DNA from: an uncultured Solirubrobacterales bacterium
GTDB taxonomy: Bacteria; Actinomycetota; Thermoleophilia; Solirubrobacterales; Solirubrobacteraceae
NCBI GenBank assembly: GCA_963715925.1
Contig: OY970282.1
Location: 365,891 to 429,890, forward strand
Direction of reading: 5' to 3'
DNA length: 64,000 nucleotides
Position numbers and translations under genes: made by a program. Numbering within the stretch: the first letter of the stretch is position 1; the number at the start of each line of letters is the position of its first letter. Under the pieces are notes generated by a model. It ran no database searches, was not told the DNA's origin, and saw only the letters and a program-made list of their open reading frames with translations. Of the stretch, positions 19,132-30,124 are shown in pieces.

Positions 19132-21132
19132 ATGCCCAACGCGCTCGCCCACGAGACTTCGCCGTACCTGCGCCAGCACGCCTTCAACCCGGTGGACTGG
19201 CTGCCCTGGGGGCCCGCGGCGCTGGCGGCTGCCCGCGAGCGCGACGTGCCGCTGCTGGTCTCGATCGGGTACTCCTCCTGCCACTGGTGCCACGTGATGG
19301 AGCACGAGTCCTTCGAGGACCCCCGCGTGGCGGCGCTGATGAACGAGGAGTTCGTGTGCGTGAAGGTCGACCGCGAGGAGCGCCCCGACGTCGACGCGCT
19401 CTACATGGAGGCCGTGCAGGGGATGACCGGCCGCGGGGGGTGGCCGCTGAACGTCTTCCTCACCCCCGAGCAGCTGCCCTTCTACGGCGGCACCTACTTC
19501 CCCCCGGAGTCCCGCCACGGGATGCCCTCGTGGAGCCAGGTGCTGCAGGCGATCGCCGAGACGTGGCGCGAGCGCGCGGCGGAGATCCGCGCGGGGGGCG
19601 AGCGGATCCGCGCGCAGCTTTCCGGAGGCGCGCGCCTGTCACCCTCCGCGGAGCCCTTCGACGCTGGTGCGCTGGACGTCGCGGTAGCGCGGCTGCGAGA
19701 GTCCTTCGACCCGGTCAACGGCGGATTTGGAGGCGCGCCGAAGTTCCCGCAGGCCCCCGTCGTCGAGTTCCTGCTGCGCCACGGCGAGCGCGAGATGTCG
19801 CTCGCGACGCTGCGCGCGATGGCGCGCGGGGGCCTCTGCGATCAGCTCGGCGGGGGCTTTCACCGCTACGCGGTGGACGCCTCGTGGACGGTGCCCCACT
19901 TCGAGAAGATGCTCTACGACAACGCCCTGCTCGCGCGCGCGTACCTGCATGGGCACCGTTTGGGCAACGGCGCTGATGGTGAGGGCACAAACGGCGAGGA
20001 GGACCTGAGTGGGAGCGAGGGCGGCCGGAGTCCGGGCAGCGGGGAAGACTTCGCCCGCGTGTGCCGTGCAACGCTCGACTGGGCGCTGCGCGAGATGCGG
20101 GGGCCCGAGGGCGGCTTCTACTCGGCGCTCGACGCCGACTCCGAGGGTGTGGAGGGCCGGTATTACGTGTGGACGGCGAAGGAACTGCAGGACATCCTCG
20201 GCGAGGACGCGGACGCCGCGATCCGCTGGTTGGGCGTCAGCGAGCAGGGCAACTTCGTCGATGGGGTGGGTGGGCCTCAAATCTCCGAGCCGGGGCTCAA
20301 CGTGCTCACCGACCGAGGCCGTGGGCGGGCACCCGATCACATCACCCGTGAGCGCATCCGCGCGCGGCTGCTCGAGGCACGCGCGGCTCGCACCCGGCCC
20401 GGCCTCGATGACAAGCGCCTGACGAGCTGGAACGCGCTGATGATCGCCGCGCTCGCCGACGCGGGGGCGGTCCTGGGGGAGCCGTGCTACCTCGACGCGG
20501 CGGAGCGCTGCGCCGAGTTCGTCCTGCGCGAGCTGCGCGACGGCGAGGGGCGGCTGCTGCGCACCTACAGCGAGGGCCGCGCGCGGATCGGCGCGTACCT
20601 GGAGGACCACGCCTTCCTGCTGGAAGCGACGGTGGTCCTCTTCGAAGCGAGGTGCGAGGAGCGCTGGCTGACCGAGGCCCGCGCGCTCGCTGAGCAGACG
20701 ATCGAGCGCTTCGCCGACCCCGAGCGCGGGGGTTTCTTCTCAACGCCCTCCGACGGCGAGGCGCTGATCGCGCGGCGCAAGGACCTCGAGGACTCGCCGA
20801 TCCCCTCCGGGGCCTCCTCGGCCGCGTTCGGCCTGCTGCGTCTCGCGCAGATCTCAGGCGTCGAGCGCTACGAACAGCACGCGCTGGGGGTATTGCGCCT
20901 CATGCACGAGATCGCCCCCCGTCATCCCGCGGCGTTCGGCCACCTCCTGCAGGCGCTCCAGCTGCACCTCTCACCGGCCGAGGGCCTTGCGTGTGCCACG
21001 CCGCTCGCCCGTTCGGCAGCCACCGACCCAGAAAGCGCCACCGCCACGCCGCCCGCCGGAGCACCTTTAGGTGCGGAGGCTGATCCAGCGGTCAGAGAAT
21101 CGACAGGTACCGGTCGAGCTCCCACTGGGTGA
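19132..21132 (+). CDS. Thioredoxin-domain protein, YyaL/SSP411 (DUF255) family
   Basis: [65 protein letters not shown]. Confidence 0.92.
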   Translation: MPNALAHETSPYLRQHAFNPVDWLPWGPAALAAARERDVPLLVSIGYSSCHWCHVMEHESFEDPRVAALMNEEFVCVKVDREERPDVDALYMEAVQGMTGRGGWPLNVFLTPEQLPFYGGTYFPPESRHGMPSWSQVLQAIAETWRERAAEIRAGGERIRAQLSGGARLSPSAEPFDAGALDVAVARLRESFDPVNGGFGGAPKFPQAPVVEFLLRHGEREMSLATLRAMARGGLCDQLGGGFHRYAVDASWTVPHFEKMLYDNALLARAYLHGHRLGNGADGEGTNGEEDLSGSEGGRSPGSGEDFARVCRATLDWALREMRGPEGGFYSALDADSEGVEGRYYVWTAKELQDILGEDADAAIRWLGVSEQGNFVDGVGGPQISEPGLNVLTDRGRGRAPDHITRERIRARLLEARAARTRPGLDDKRLTSWNALMIAALADAGAVLGEPCYLDAAERCAEFVLRELRDGEGRLLRTYSEGRARIGAYLEDHAFLLEATVVLFEARCEERWLTEARALAEQTIERFADPERGGFFSTPSDGEALIARRKDLEDSPIPSGASSAAFGLLRLAQISGVERYEQHALGVLRLMHEIAPRHPAAFGHLLQALQLHLSPAEGLACATPLARSAATDPESATATPPAGAPLGAEADPAVRESTGTGRAPTG

Positions 21133-22438
21133 CCTGCACGCGGTAGTCCTCCCACTCCTGGCGCTTGATCTCCACATAACGGTTGAACATGTGCTCGCCG
21201 AGCGTGCGCAGCACAAGCTCCGACTCCGCGGTCAGCTCGATCGCGTCGCCGAGCGTCTCGGGCAGCTGCTCGACCCCGAGGCGCGCGCGCTCGGCGCCGG
21301 AGAGGTGGTAGAGGTTCTGCTCCATCGGCTCGGGCAGCTCGTACCCCTTCTCGATCCCCTCCAGGCCCGCCTGCAGCAGCACGGCGAACGTGAGGTAGGG
21401 GTTGCACGCGGGGTCGGGGCAGCGCAGCTCCATGCGTGTCGCGCGCTCGCGGCCGGGGTGGTAGAGGGGGACGCGCACCAGGGCCGAGCGGTTGCGCCGC
21501 GACCACGCCACGTACACCGGCGCCTCGTAGCCGGGGACGAGGCGCTTGTAGGAGTTGACCCACTGCGCGAACACGGAGCAGATCTCCCGCGCGTGCTTGA
21601 GCTGGCCCGCTATGAACGCCTTGCCGACATCCGAGAGAAAGTAGGCGTCGTCGGGGTCGAAGAACGCGTTGCGGCCCTCCTTGAACAGCGACTGGTGGGT
21701 GTGCATCCCCGAGCCGTTCTCGCCGAACAGCGGCTTCGGCATGAACGTCGCGTGCCACCCGTACTTCATCGCGTACTCCTTCACGGTGATGCGGTACGTC
21801 ATGCAGTCGTCGGCCATCTTCAGCGCGTCGGCGTAGCGCATGTCGATCTCGTGCTGGGAGGGGCCGACCTCGTGGTGGGTGTACTCGACGTGGATCCCCA
21901 ACTGCTCCAGCGCCAACACCGTCTCGCGGCGCACGTCCGAGCCGGCGTCGAGCGTCGTCAGGTCGAAGTACCCGCCGTGGTCGAGCACCTCCGTGGAGTG
22001 GGAGTCGCGGAACAGGAAGTACTCGAGCTCGGGGCCCACGTTGAACGTCTCGAAGCCCATGCTCTGCGCGCGCTGCACGGCGCGGCGCAGCACGTGGCGG
22101 GGGTCGCCCTCGTAGGGGGTGCGCTCGGGGGTGATGACGTCGCAGAACATCCGCCCCACCCCCTGCTCCTCCGGGCGCCAGGGCAACACCGCGAAGGTGG
22201 TGGGGTCGGGCAGCGCGATCATGTCGGACTCCTCGATCGCGTTGAACCCGGTGATCGAAGACCCGTCGAAGCCCATCCCCGCCTCGAACGCGTCCTCCAA
22301 CTCGGCGGCGTTGATCGAGAACGACTTCAGTTGGCCGAGGACGTCGGTGAACCAGAAGCGGATGAAGCGGATTGCGCGCTCCTCCACGAGCGCCCGCACG
22401 TCCGCGGCGGTCTTGGGCATGTCGGGCTGCTCGGCCAT
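21092..22438 (-). CDS. glnA: Glutamine synthetase type I family
   Basis: [49 protein letters not shown]. Confidence 0.93.
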   Translation of the reverse strand: MAEQPDMPKTAADVRALVEERAIRFIRFWFTDVLGQLKSFSINAAELEDAFEAGMGFDGSSITGFNAIEESDMIALPDPTTFAVLPWRPEEQGVGRMFCDVITPERTPYEGDPRHVLRRAVQRAQSMGFETFNVGPELEYFLFRDSHSTEVLDHGGYFDLTTLDAGSDVRRETVLALEQLGIHVEYTHHEVGPSQHEIDMRYADALKMADDCMTYRITVKEYAMKYGWHATFMPKPLFGENGSGMHTHQSLFKEGRNAFFDPDDAYFLSDVGKAFIAGQLKHAREICSVFAQWVNSYKRLVPGYEAPVYVAWSRRNRSALVRVPLYHPGRERATRMELRCPDPACNPYLTFAVLLQAGLEGIEKGYELPEPMEQNLYHLSGAERARLGVEQLPETLGDAIELTAESELVLRTLGEHMFNRYVEIKRQEWEDYRVQVTQWELDRYLSIL

Positions 22439-22509
22439 CCCGGCCGGACCTTAGTCGATGGCGGGCGGGCGGGCGTCCAATCCGGTATCGACGGATGGCC
22501 AAACCGTTG

Positions 22510-22546
22510 GTCGTCCACCACTGGTCGTCAACTGCATGTCGTCAAC
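22510..22546. promoter_or_regulatory. Three 9-bp direct repeats GTCGTC(C/A)AC at 14-bp spacing upstream of glnA
   Basis: Copies at 22510, 22524 and 22538, 72-108 bp upstream of the glnA start. Confidence 0.4.
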
Positions 22547-22611
22547 CACAGCGGCCGCCGCAGCAGCCAGCCGTGGTTCGCCATCGCTGCCGCCGGGATC
22601 CGATTCGCCGC

Positions 22612-22758
22612 CTACCCGTGCGCGCTGAGCAGCGCCGCGAGCACCAGCAGGAACCCCATCACCACCGCCCACGAGGCGATCCTGTCGGGGTGCGGCCCCA
22701 CCCACTCTGTCGGCGTGCGACGCGGCCTGCGCCGGTGGCGCAAGGTCCTCTCGACCAT
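22612..22758 (-). CDS. Small membrane protein (48 aa)
   Basis: MVERTLRHRRRPRRTPTEWVGPHPDRIASWAVVMGFLLVLAALLSAHG*: basic N-terminus plus one TM helix. Below the ORF-track cutoff. Confidence 0.55.
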   Translation of the reverse strand: MVERTLRHRRRPRRTPTEWVGPHPDRIASWAVVMGFLLVLAALLSAHG

Positions 22759-22789
22759 GCCGGGCATGTTGACGACGCGTTCGGACGGC

Positions 22790-23323
22790 TCAGTGGCCCG
22801 CTACGGTCGCAACGAAGTTCGCCACGTCTTCGGCTTCCTTGCCCTGGTAGAGCAGCGCGGGCATCTGGCCGCGGCCGCGCGCGCGCCCTTCGAGGATCGC
22901 GCTCAGCACGAACGCCATGCGGTCGGCGTGCGCTTCCTTGTCCGGCAGGGTCGGGGCGATCGTGGGGATCAGCACGTCGAGGTTCGGGCCGATCCGGCCC
23001 ACCGCGTTCGCGCCATTCAGAGTGTGACAGAGGTTGCAGGCGTGCGAGAACAGTTCGCGGCCCTTCTGCTGCTCGGAGTTCAGGCTCAGGCCCCCCACCT
23101 CCACGCTCGCCTTGTGCTCACCGTTGAAGGCCAGCACCAGCGCGGGCACCACTAGGCCGAACGCGCACACCACCACGATCACCGCGGTCAGCGCGCGCTG
23201 GGTGGCCTTCGATTCGGAATGCAGCGCGTTGCGCGCCCCGCGGGGGCCGCCGCGCATCGCGACGAAGAACACGCCGAGGCCGAGGCTCAGGATGATGATG
23301 ACGACGATGACGACCAGTCCCAT
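22790..23323 (-). CDS. Membrane-anchored c-type cytochrome
   Basis: Two N-terminal hydrophobic helices, CNLCH heme motif, distal Met in GQMPA. Confidence 0.88.
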   Translation of the reverse strand: MGLVVIVVIIILSLGLGVFFVAMRGGPRGARNALHSESKATQRALTAVIVVVCAFGLVVPALVLAFNGEHKASVEVGGLSLNSEQQKGRELFSHACNLCHTLNGANAVGRIGPNLDVLIPTIAPTLPDKEAHADRMAFVLSAILEGRARGRGQMPALLYQGKEAEDVANFVATVAGH

Positions 23324-23402
23324 GTCGGCCGGCACGATATCGGTTGGCGGCGCTGGAACGCTCGCCCAGGGAGACCCCTGGCCAGGGGGGACGGCAGGTT
23401 TA

Positions 23403-23530
23403 CGGTTGAAGGCCCAGTGCGCGCGTGCAAGCGAGGACCACGAATTGGAGCCAGCGACCGACGCCGAGCGGCCACGACCCAAGCTTGAGGGCGGGCGTGG
23501 CACAGGTCGCGGTTGAAGGCCCAGTGCGCG
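23403..23530. repeat. 21-bp exact direct repeat CGGTTGAAGGCCCAGTGCGCG x2 in a divergent promoter region
   Basis: Copies at 23403-23423 and 23510-23530. Confidence 0.8.
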
Positions 23531-23650
23531 GGCGCCCGCGCCCGCGTTGGGGGCAGAAATAAGAATCTCCCCACCCGACCTTCAGGTTCCCTTGATCCAC
23601 CGCGCTAGCCTTAGTTGTGCACGTTCAACCGTGACTCACGCACAGCCCCC

Positions 23651-24802
23651 ATGAGCAACTTCCTGCGCCGCCTACCGCTCTCCCGCCTGCTGCTTCTGTG
23701 CGGAGTACTCGTGGGCGTCGGCATCGCCGCGACCGCGCTCGCATCGGCGCTGGGCGTCGGCCCCACGCCCCCGCCCAAGCCGCTTGCCGAGGCGGTCCAC
23801 GACGCGCTCGCCGCGGGGGCGGGTGGGAATCGAATCCAGGGTGTCAGCGCCCAGGTCCAGCTGACCAACCACCTGCTCGAAGGGGCCAGCCTCGCCAGCG
23901 GCGGCGGCGAAGCCAGTCAGCTCACCTCCAGTCCGCTGCTCTCGGGTGCCTCCGGGCGGCTGTGGATCTCCAAGGATGGGCACGTGCGCCTGGAGTTGCA
24001 GTCCGAAAAGGGAGACACTCAGGTGTACTACGACGGGCACACCGTCTCGATGTACGACGCCTCGTCGAACACGCTCTACCGCTACACGCCGCCGCAGGAA
24101 TCGGACACCCACCCACCCGCCGCGGGCTCCGGCTCGACGAGCAGCTCCGACACCCTCGGCACCATCACCCTCTACAAGATCCCCACCGTGGCCAAGATCG
24201 AAGAAGCGCTCTCGCATCTCTCCAAGCACGCGAACGTCTCCGGCGCGACGCCCACCGACGTCGCCGGCCAGGCCGCCTACACCGTGCGCGTCGCCCCGAA
24301 GGAAAGCGGCAGCCTGCTGGCAGGCGCCGAGCTGTCGTGGGACGCTGTCCACGGCGTGCCGCTGCGCGCGGCGATCTACTCCACCGAGAGCGCCGCGCCG
24401 GTGCTCGAACTGGCCGCCACCTCGATCTCCTACGGCCCGGTGGAACCGTCAGTGTTCGAATTCACGCCGCCCGCCAACGCGAAGGTCGAAGAAGTGGCGC
24501 TGCCCAAGCCCGGCGCACAGGGCGGCTCGGCGCAGGGCGACGAACACGAACACCCGCACGTCACCACGCACGGCGACGGGCCCGGCGCGATCGCGGTGCT
24601 CGAAAGCAAGGCCAAGTCCGGCGCCTCCTCGCAGACGCCGCTGCCCGAAGGGCTCCAGCAGGTCAAGATCAACGGCGTCACGGCCAGCGAGTTGCCGACC
24701 GAGCTCGGCACGCTGCTCACCTTCGAGCGCTCCGGCGTGCGTTACCTGCTCGCCGGCGCGGTCGCCCCCGGCGCCGTCGAAGCGGTCGCCAAGGGCCTTT
24801 AG
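23651..24802 (+). CDS. Exported LolA/RseB-like fold protein
   Basis: N-terminal TM/signal. GRLWISKDGHVRLELQ...DTQVYYDG, VPLRAAIY, VFEFTPPANAKV. Precedes an ABC exporter. Confidence 0.6.
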   Translation: MSNFLRRLPLSRLLLLCGVLVGVGIAATALASALGVGPTPPPKPLAEAVHDALAAGAGGNRIQGVSAQVQLTNHLLEGASLASGGGEASQLTSSPLLSGASGRLWISKDGHVRLELQSEKGDTQVYYDGHTVSMYDASSNTLYRYTPPQESDTHPPAAGSGSTSSSDTLGTITLYKIPTVAKIEEALSHLSKHANVSGATPTDVAGQAAYTVRVAPKESGSLLAGAELSWDAVHGVPLRAAIYSTESAAPVLELAATSISYGPVEPSVFEFTPPANAKVEEVALPKPGAQGGSAQGDEHEHPHVTTHGDGPGAIAVLESKAKSGASSQTPLPEGLQQVKINGVTASELPTELGTLLTFERSGVRYLLAGAVAPGAVEAVAKGL

Positions 24803-24803
24803 C

Positions 24804-25755
<952 letters not shown>

Positions 25756-25769
<14 letters not shown>

Positions 25770-26637
25770 GGCCTCCCCGGTACTGGCTCCCGCGGCGGGC
25801 GCAATCCACGGTAGGCGCCCCTCGATCGTGACCGTGTGGCGCTGGGAGCTGCGCAAGCTCGTCTCCCAGAAGCGCACCTACCTCGGCCTCGGCCTGGCCG
25901 CGATCCTGCCCGTGATCTTCGTGGTCGTGCAGAACCTGCGCGGAGGTCGCGGCCACGACCAGGGCAACATCTTCGCCTCGCACATCACCCAGTCCGGCCT
26001 TGCCACGCCGGTGCTGATGCTGCTGTTCCTGTCGGTGTTCATGCTGCCCCTGATCGCCGCCCTGGTCGCCGGCGACATCGTCGCGGCCGAGGACGGCAAC
26101 GGCACGCTGAAGACGATTCTCACGCGCTCGGTCGATCGCGGCCAGGTGTTCGCCGCGAAGGCGCTCGCGGCGATGACCTACGGGACCATCGCGGTGTTCC
26201 TCTCAGCGGTGGTGGCGACCGTCGCGGGCGTGGCGTCGTGGGGCTTCAACCACGTGGTCACGTTCTCGGGCACGGTGGTGTCCGCGCCCGAAGGCCTGCT
26301 GCTGGTGTTCGCCGCCAACGCCTGCTACCTGATCCCGCTGCTGACGGTCGTCACGATCGGCGTGCTGCTGTCGACCACCACCCGCAACAGCGCCGCGGCG
26401 GTCGTCGGCACGGTCGGCTTCACGATCCTGCTGTTCATCGTCGGGCAGATCCCGGGCCTCGAAAGCATCAAGCCCTACCTGCTCACCGAACAGTACGAGA
26501 ACTGGCACGGCCTGCTGCGCACCCCCACCGACTGGGCGCCGATCGGGCACTCGGCCTGGGTCTGCGCGCTGTACGCGGGACCCGCGCTCCTCGCCGCGTA
26601 CCTCGTATTCCTGCGCCGCGACGTAGCCGGCGGCTGA
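25756..26637 (+). CDS. ABC-2 type transporter permease
   Basis: Six TM segments, AAEDGNGTLKTILTR motif, overlaps the ATPase gene. Confidence 0.9.
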
Positions 26638-26638
26638 C

Positions 26639-27601
26639 TCAGCTCCCCGTCGCCGCCGGTAGCTCCACCGGCGTCAGCTCGACCTCGTGCTCCAGGCGGT
26701 GCACCTCGCGCTTCTCGATCAGACCCGCGCCGAGGCGACCAGTGGACTCCGCGCCACAGGCGACGCCAAAGCGCAGGCACTCCGCGGGGGCGCTGCCGGC
26801 GTAGCGCGCCGAGACGTAGCCCGCCAGGAAGGCGTCGCCGGAGCCGCGTTTGGCGATCGGCTCGCGCTCCTCGATGCGGGCGCGCAGCAGCGTGGGCTGG
26901 CCGTCGATCTGCAGCTGCGCGAAACAGCCATCGGGGAGCGTCATGATCGCTTCACGGGCGCCCAGCGCGACGAGCTCGCGCACCGCCAGCGAGCGCTCCT
27001 GCTCGTCGGCGAACTCGTGGCCCACCAGCTCCTCGGCCTCGAGCACGTTGGGCGAAACCACGTCCGGCTCGGCGCGTACCGCATGGCGTAGGGGGTCGCC
27101 GTCGGTGTCGATCACCGTGGTGACATCCGCGCGGTGCAGCTCGCGGATCAGCGAGGCGTACACGTCGGGCTCCACCCCGCGGGGGATCGAGCCCGCGAAC
27201 ACCACGATCGCCGCGCCGCGCGCGAGGTACAGAAGCTTGTCGCGGAACAGCTCCACCTCGCGTTCGGTGACGCGCGGGCCGCGCTCGTTGATCTCGGTCT
27301 GCTCGCCGGTAGTGGGGTCGAGCACTGAGGTGTTGGTGCGCGACTCCTCGCGGATGCGCACGAAGTCGTTGAGGATCGACTCCTCGGTGAGCTGCTCGAC
27401 GATGTGCGTGCCGGTCGCTCCCCCGGCCATGCCGGTCGCGATCACCGGCTGCCCCAGCGCCTTCAGCGCGCGCGCGATGTTGACGCCCTTGCCCCCCGCC
27501 ATCGTGCGCTGCTCCACGGTGCGGTGGCGGCGGCCGAGGCGGAAGTTGGGGACCGAAAGCGACTTGTCGATCGCCGCGTTGAGCGTGACCGTGATGATCA
27601 T
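26639..27601 (-). CDS. 1-phosphofructokinase-family hexose kinase (PfkB)
   Basis: ITVTLNAAID, GGKGVNIA, GSGDAF. Confidence 0.93.
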   Translation of the reverse strand: MIITVTLNAAIDKSLSVPNFRLGRRHRTVEQRTMAGGKGVNIARALKALGQPVIATGMAGGATGTHIVEQLTEESILNDFVRIREESRTNTSVLDPTTGEQTEINERGPRVTEREVELFRDKLLYLARGAAIVVFAGSIPRGVEPDVYASLIRELHRADVTTVIDTDGDPLRHAVRAEPDVVSPNVLEAEELVGHEFADEQERSLAVRELVALGAREAIMTLPDGCFAQLQIDGQPTLLRARIEEREPIAKRGSGDAFLAGYVSARYAGSAPAECLRFGVACGAESTGRLGAGLIEKREVHRLEHEVELTPVELPAATGS

Positions 27602-27681
27602 GCTTCGCTCACACTACCCCAACGACCATGCCGCTGTGCGCAGCCGCTCCGCCTCGGCACGGAGTGCCACCGCATGTTCGC

Positions 27682-28587
27682 CTATCCCAATGCCCAGGCC
27701 GCGGCGCGCATACGCTCCGCCTCGGCGCGCGCGGCCTCCGCGGGGTCCTCGCCCGTGGCGCGGTGCGCGCCGGCGATGCTGCGCGAGGCCGTGATCAGGC
27801 CGCCTGCCCGGCCCGGGGCGAACGCCGCGGCCAGCTCCTCCACGCGGCCTCCCTGCGCCCCGACGCCCGGCAGCAGCAGCACCGCGTGGGGCATCAGCTC
27901 GCGCGCCCGCGCCACATGCCGCGGCTCGGTGGCCCCCATCACCGCGCCCACGTCGCTGAGGCCCGACCGTCCCACCCCGGGGGCGCCCAGCTCCGCGACG
28001 AACCCCGCCAAGTGTTCCCACACCGTGCCTGCCCCCGCTAGCTCGAGGTCCTGCACGTCGGCCGCGCCCGGGTTGGAGGTGCGCACCAACACCAGCACGC
28101 CGGCCCCCGCCGCGCGCGCGGCGCTCACGAACGGCTCGAGCGCATCCCTGCCGAGCAGCGGGTTGACCGTCGCCAGATCCACCCCGAGGCCGTGGGCGAA
28201 CAGCGCCTGTCCGTACGCGGCGGCCGTCACAGGCACGTCCCCGCGCTTGCCGTCGGCGATCACCAGCAGGCCGCGCCGGCGCGCGTGCTCGACCACGTCG
28301 CCAAGCGCCTCCCACCCGGGCGCCCCCAGCCGCTCGAAGCAGGCGAGCTGGGGCTTGACCGCCACGCACGCCGGCCCCGCCGCGTCGATCAGTGCGCAGC
28401 AGTGGACGTGGACCGCCACCGCCGTGCGCCACGCCGGCGAGGCGTCCGCGCGCGAGCCGCGTGCCCGCTCGTGCACCCCCGGCCACAGCGCCTGCGGGTC
28501 GGGGTCGAGGCCGAGCACGATCTGCGACTCCCGCTCCGCCACGCGCTGCGCCAACATGTCGCCGAACCCGGAGCTCGTCGTCACCAT
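27682..28587 (-). CDS. pyrF: Orotidine-5'-phosphate decarboxylase
   Basis: LGLDP, AVKPQLACFE, DGKRGD, VRTSNPG, LLPGVGAQGG, ASRSI. Confidence 0.93.
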   Translation of the reverse strand: MVTTSSGFGDMLAQRVAERESQIVLGLDPDPQALWPGVHERARGSRADASPAWRTAVAVHVHCCALIDAAGPACVAVKPQLACFERLGAPGWEALGDVVEHARRRGLLVIADGKRGDVPVTAAAYGQALFAHGLGVDLATVNPLLGRDALEPFVSAARAAGAGVLVLVRTSNPGAADVQDLELAGAGTVWEHLAGFVAELGAPGVGRSGLSDVGAVMGATEPRHVARARELMPHAVLLLPGVGAQGGRVEELAAAFAPGRAGGLITASRSIAGAHRATGEDPAEAARAEAERMRAAAWALG

Positions 28588-28612
28588 CGTGGCGCGAGGA
28601 TATCCTCCGCCG

Positions 28613-28753
28613 ATGGACCTCCCTCGCGTCGGCTGGACGACGACGGTGCTGATCGCGCTGCTCACGGCCGCGCTGCTGCTGCTCGCCGGCTACACCGGCT
28701 ACGCGGTGCTGTCAGTCGCGGTGGGGGCGTCCGCGGCGATCAACCTCTTTTGA
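28613..28753 (+). CDS. Small two-helix membrane protein (46 aa)
   Basis: MDLPRVGWTTTVLIALLTAALLLLAGYTGYAVLSVAVGASAAINLF*, divergent from pyrF. Confidence 0.6.
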   Translation: MDLPRVGWTTTVLIALLTAALLLLAGYTGYAVLSVAVGASAAINLF

Positions 28754-29315
28754 GCAGCCATGCCTCCAGCGCACGGGCGGCGCGCCCGCGGTGGCTGATC
28801 GCGTCCTTCTGCTCCGCGCTCAACTGCGCCATCGTCAGACCCGGCGGCCCGTCATCCGGCAGGAAGGCGGGGTCGTAGCCGAAGCCGCCCTCCCCGCGCG
28901 GCTCGGCGGCGAGGCGGCCGGTGCAGCGGCCCTCGAACAGTCGCTCGACCTCGCCGGCGGGGTCCACGTAGGCGAGCGCGCATACATAGGCCAGCGCGCT
29001 GCCCGCGGGGGCCTCGTGGAGCAGCTTGTCGAGGTTCTGCTCGTCGGTCGCCCGCTCCCCCGCGTAGCGCGCGGAGCGCACCCCCGGCGCTCCGCCTAGC
29101 GCTGCCGCTTCGATGCCGGAGTCATCGGCGATCGTCACCTCGCCGGTGGCAGCAGCCGCCGCGCGCGCCTTGCCGAACGCGTTCTCCGCGAACGTGTCCC
29201 CATCCTCCGGGGGGAGCTGCACGGCGTCGGGCAGGCTCGCGACCTCGTGGCGAGGCAGCAGGCGCGCGAGCTCGCGGCGCTTGTGCTCGTTGTGAGTCGC
29301 CAGCAGCAGCCTCAC
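28740..29315 (-). CDS. rdgB: Non-canonical purine NTP pyrophosphatase (RdgB/HAM1)
   Basis: LATHNEHK, ADDSG, GFGYDP, SHRGRA. GTG overlaps the rph stop. Confidence 0.93.
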   Translation of the reverse strand: MRLLLATHNEHKRRELARLLPRHEVASLPDAVQLPPEDGDTFAENAFGKARAAAAATGEVTIADDSGIEAAALGGAPGVRSARYAGERATDEQNLDKLLHEAPAGSALAYVCALAYVDPAGEVERLFEGRCTGRLAAEPRGEGGFGYDPAFLPDDGPPGLTMAQLSAEQKDAISHRGRAARALEAWLLKRG

Positions 29316-30124
29316 GGCGTCGCGATCGCCCGCTCCTGCGCGGCGCGCAGCTGCACGATCCCGTCCGCCGCCAGCGCCAGCAGCTCGTCGAGGCTCGCTC
29401 GCGAGAGCGGCGTGCGCTCCGCCGTGGCCTGCACCTCCAGCAGGTCCCCCTCCCCGGTCATCACCACGTTGGCGTCGACCTCCGCGGTGGAGTCCTCGGA
29501 GTAGTCGAGATCGAGCAGCGCGGTCCCGGCGACCATCCCACAGGAGACCGCCGCCACGGAGCCCGTCAGCGGGATTCGCTCCAGCGAACCCTCCTTCTGC
29601 AGGCGCGCGCAGGCCAGCGTGAGCGCCACGTACGCACCCGTGATCGACGCACAGCGTGTGCCCCCGTCGGCCTGCAGCACGTCGCAGTCGAGGTAGACGG
29701 TGCGTTCCCCCAGCGCCTCGAAGTCCACCACGCCGCGCAGTGCGCGCCCGATCAGGCGTTGGATCTCGACCGAGCGCCCGTCCAGGCGCCCACGGGTGGC
29801 GTCGCGCTGCTTGCGCTCGCCGGTGGAGGCGGGCAGCATCCCGTACTCCGCCGTCACCCACCCCCGGCCCTTGCCGGCGAGCCAGCGCGGCACGGACTCC
29901 TGCGCGGAGGCGGTACAGATCACGCGGGTCTCCCCGATCGAGATCAGCGCCGAGCCGGTCGCGGTGCGCACGAACCCCGGCTCGATCGCCACCGGGCGCA
30001 GCCCGTTCGGCGCGCGGCCGTAGCTGCGCGCGGGGGCGCCTCCGCCTGCGTCCGCCCCACTCGCCGGCAAAGAGCCGGCATCCTCCCCGCCCCCCGCGGG
30101 TCGGTCCTGAGGAGGCGTGCTCAC
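29312..30124 (-). CDS. rph: Ribonuclease PH
   Basis: GWVTAEYGMLP, GRSVEIQRLIGR, DGGTRCASITG, DLDYSEDS. Confidence 0.96.
   Translation of the reverse strand: MSTPPQDRPAGGGEDAGSLPASGADAGGGAPARSYGRAPNGLRPVAIEPGFVRTATGSALISIGETRVICTASAQESVPRWLAGKGRGWVTAEYGMLPASTGERKQRDATRGRLDGRSVEIQRLIGRALRGVVDFEALGERTVYLDCDVLQADGGTRCASITGAYVALTLACARLQKEGSLERIPLTGSVAAVSCGMVAGTALLDLDYSEDSTAEVDANVVMTGEGDLLEVQATAERTPLSRASLDELLALAADGIVQLRAAQERAIATP

Noticed and set aside
20020-20035. CGGCCGGAGTCCGG in the YyaL-like loop as another copy of the palindromic element
   Set aside because: Only 13/14 bp of GC-rich match with no flanking similarity; could be chance.
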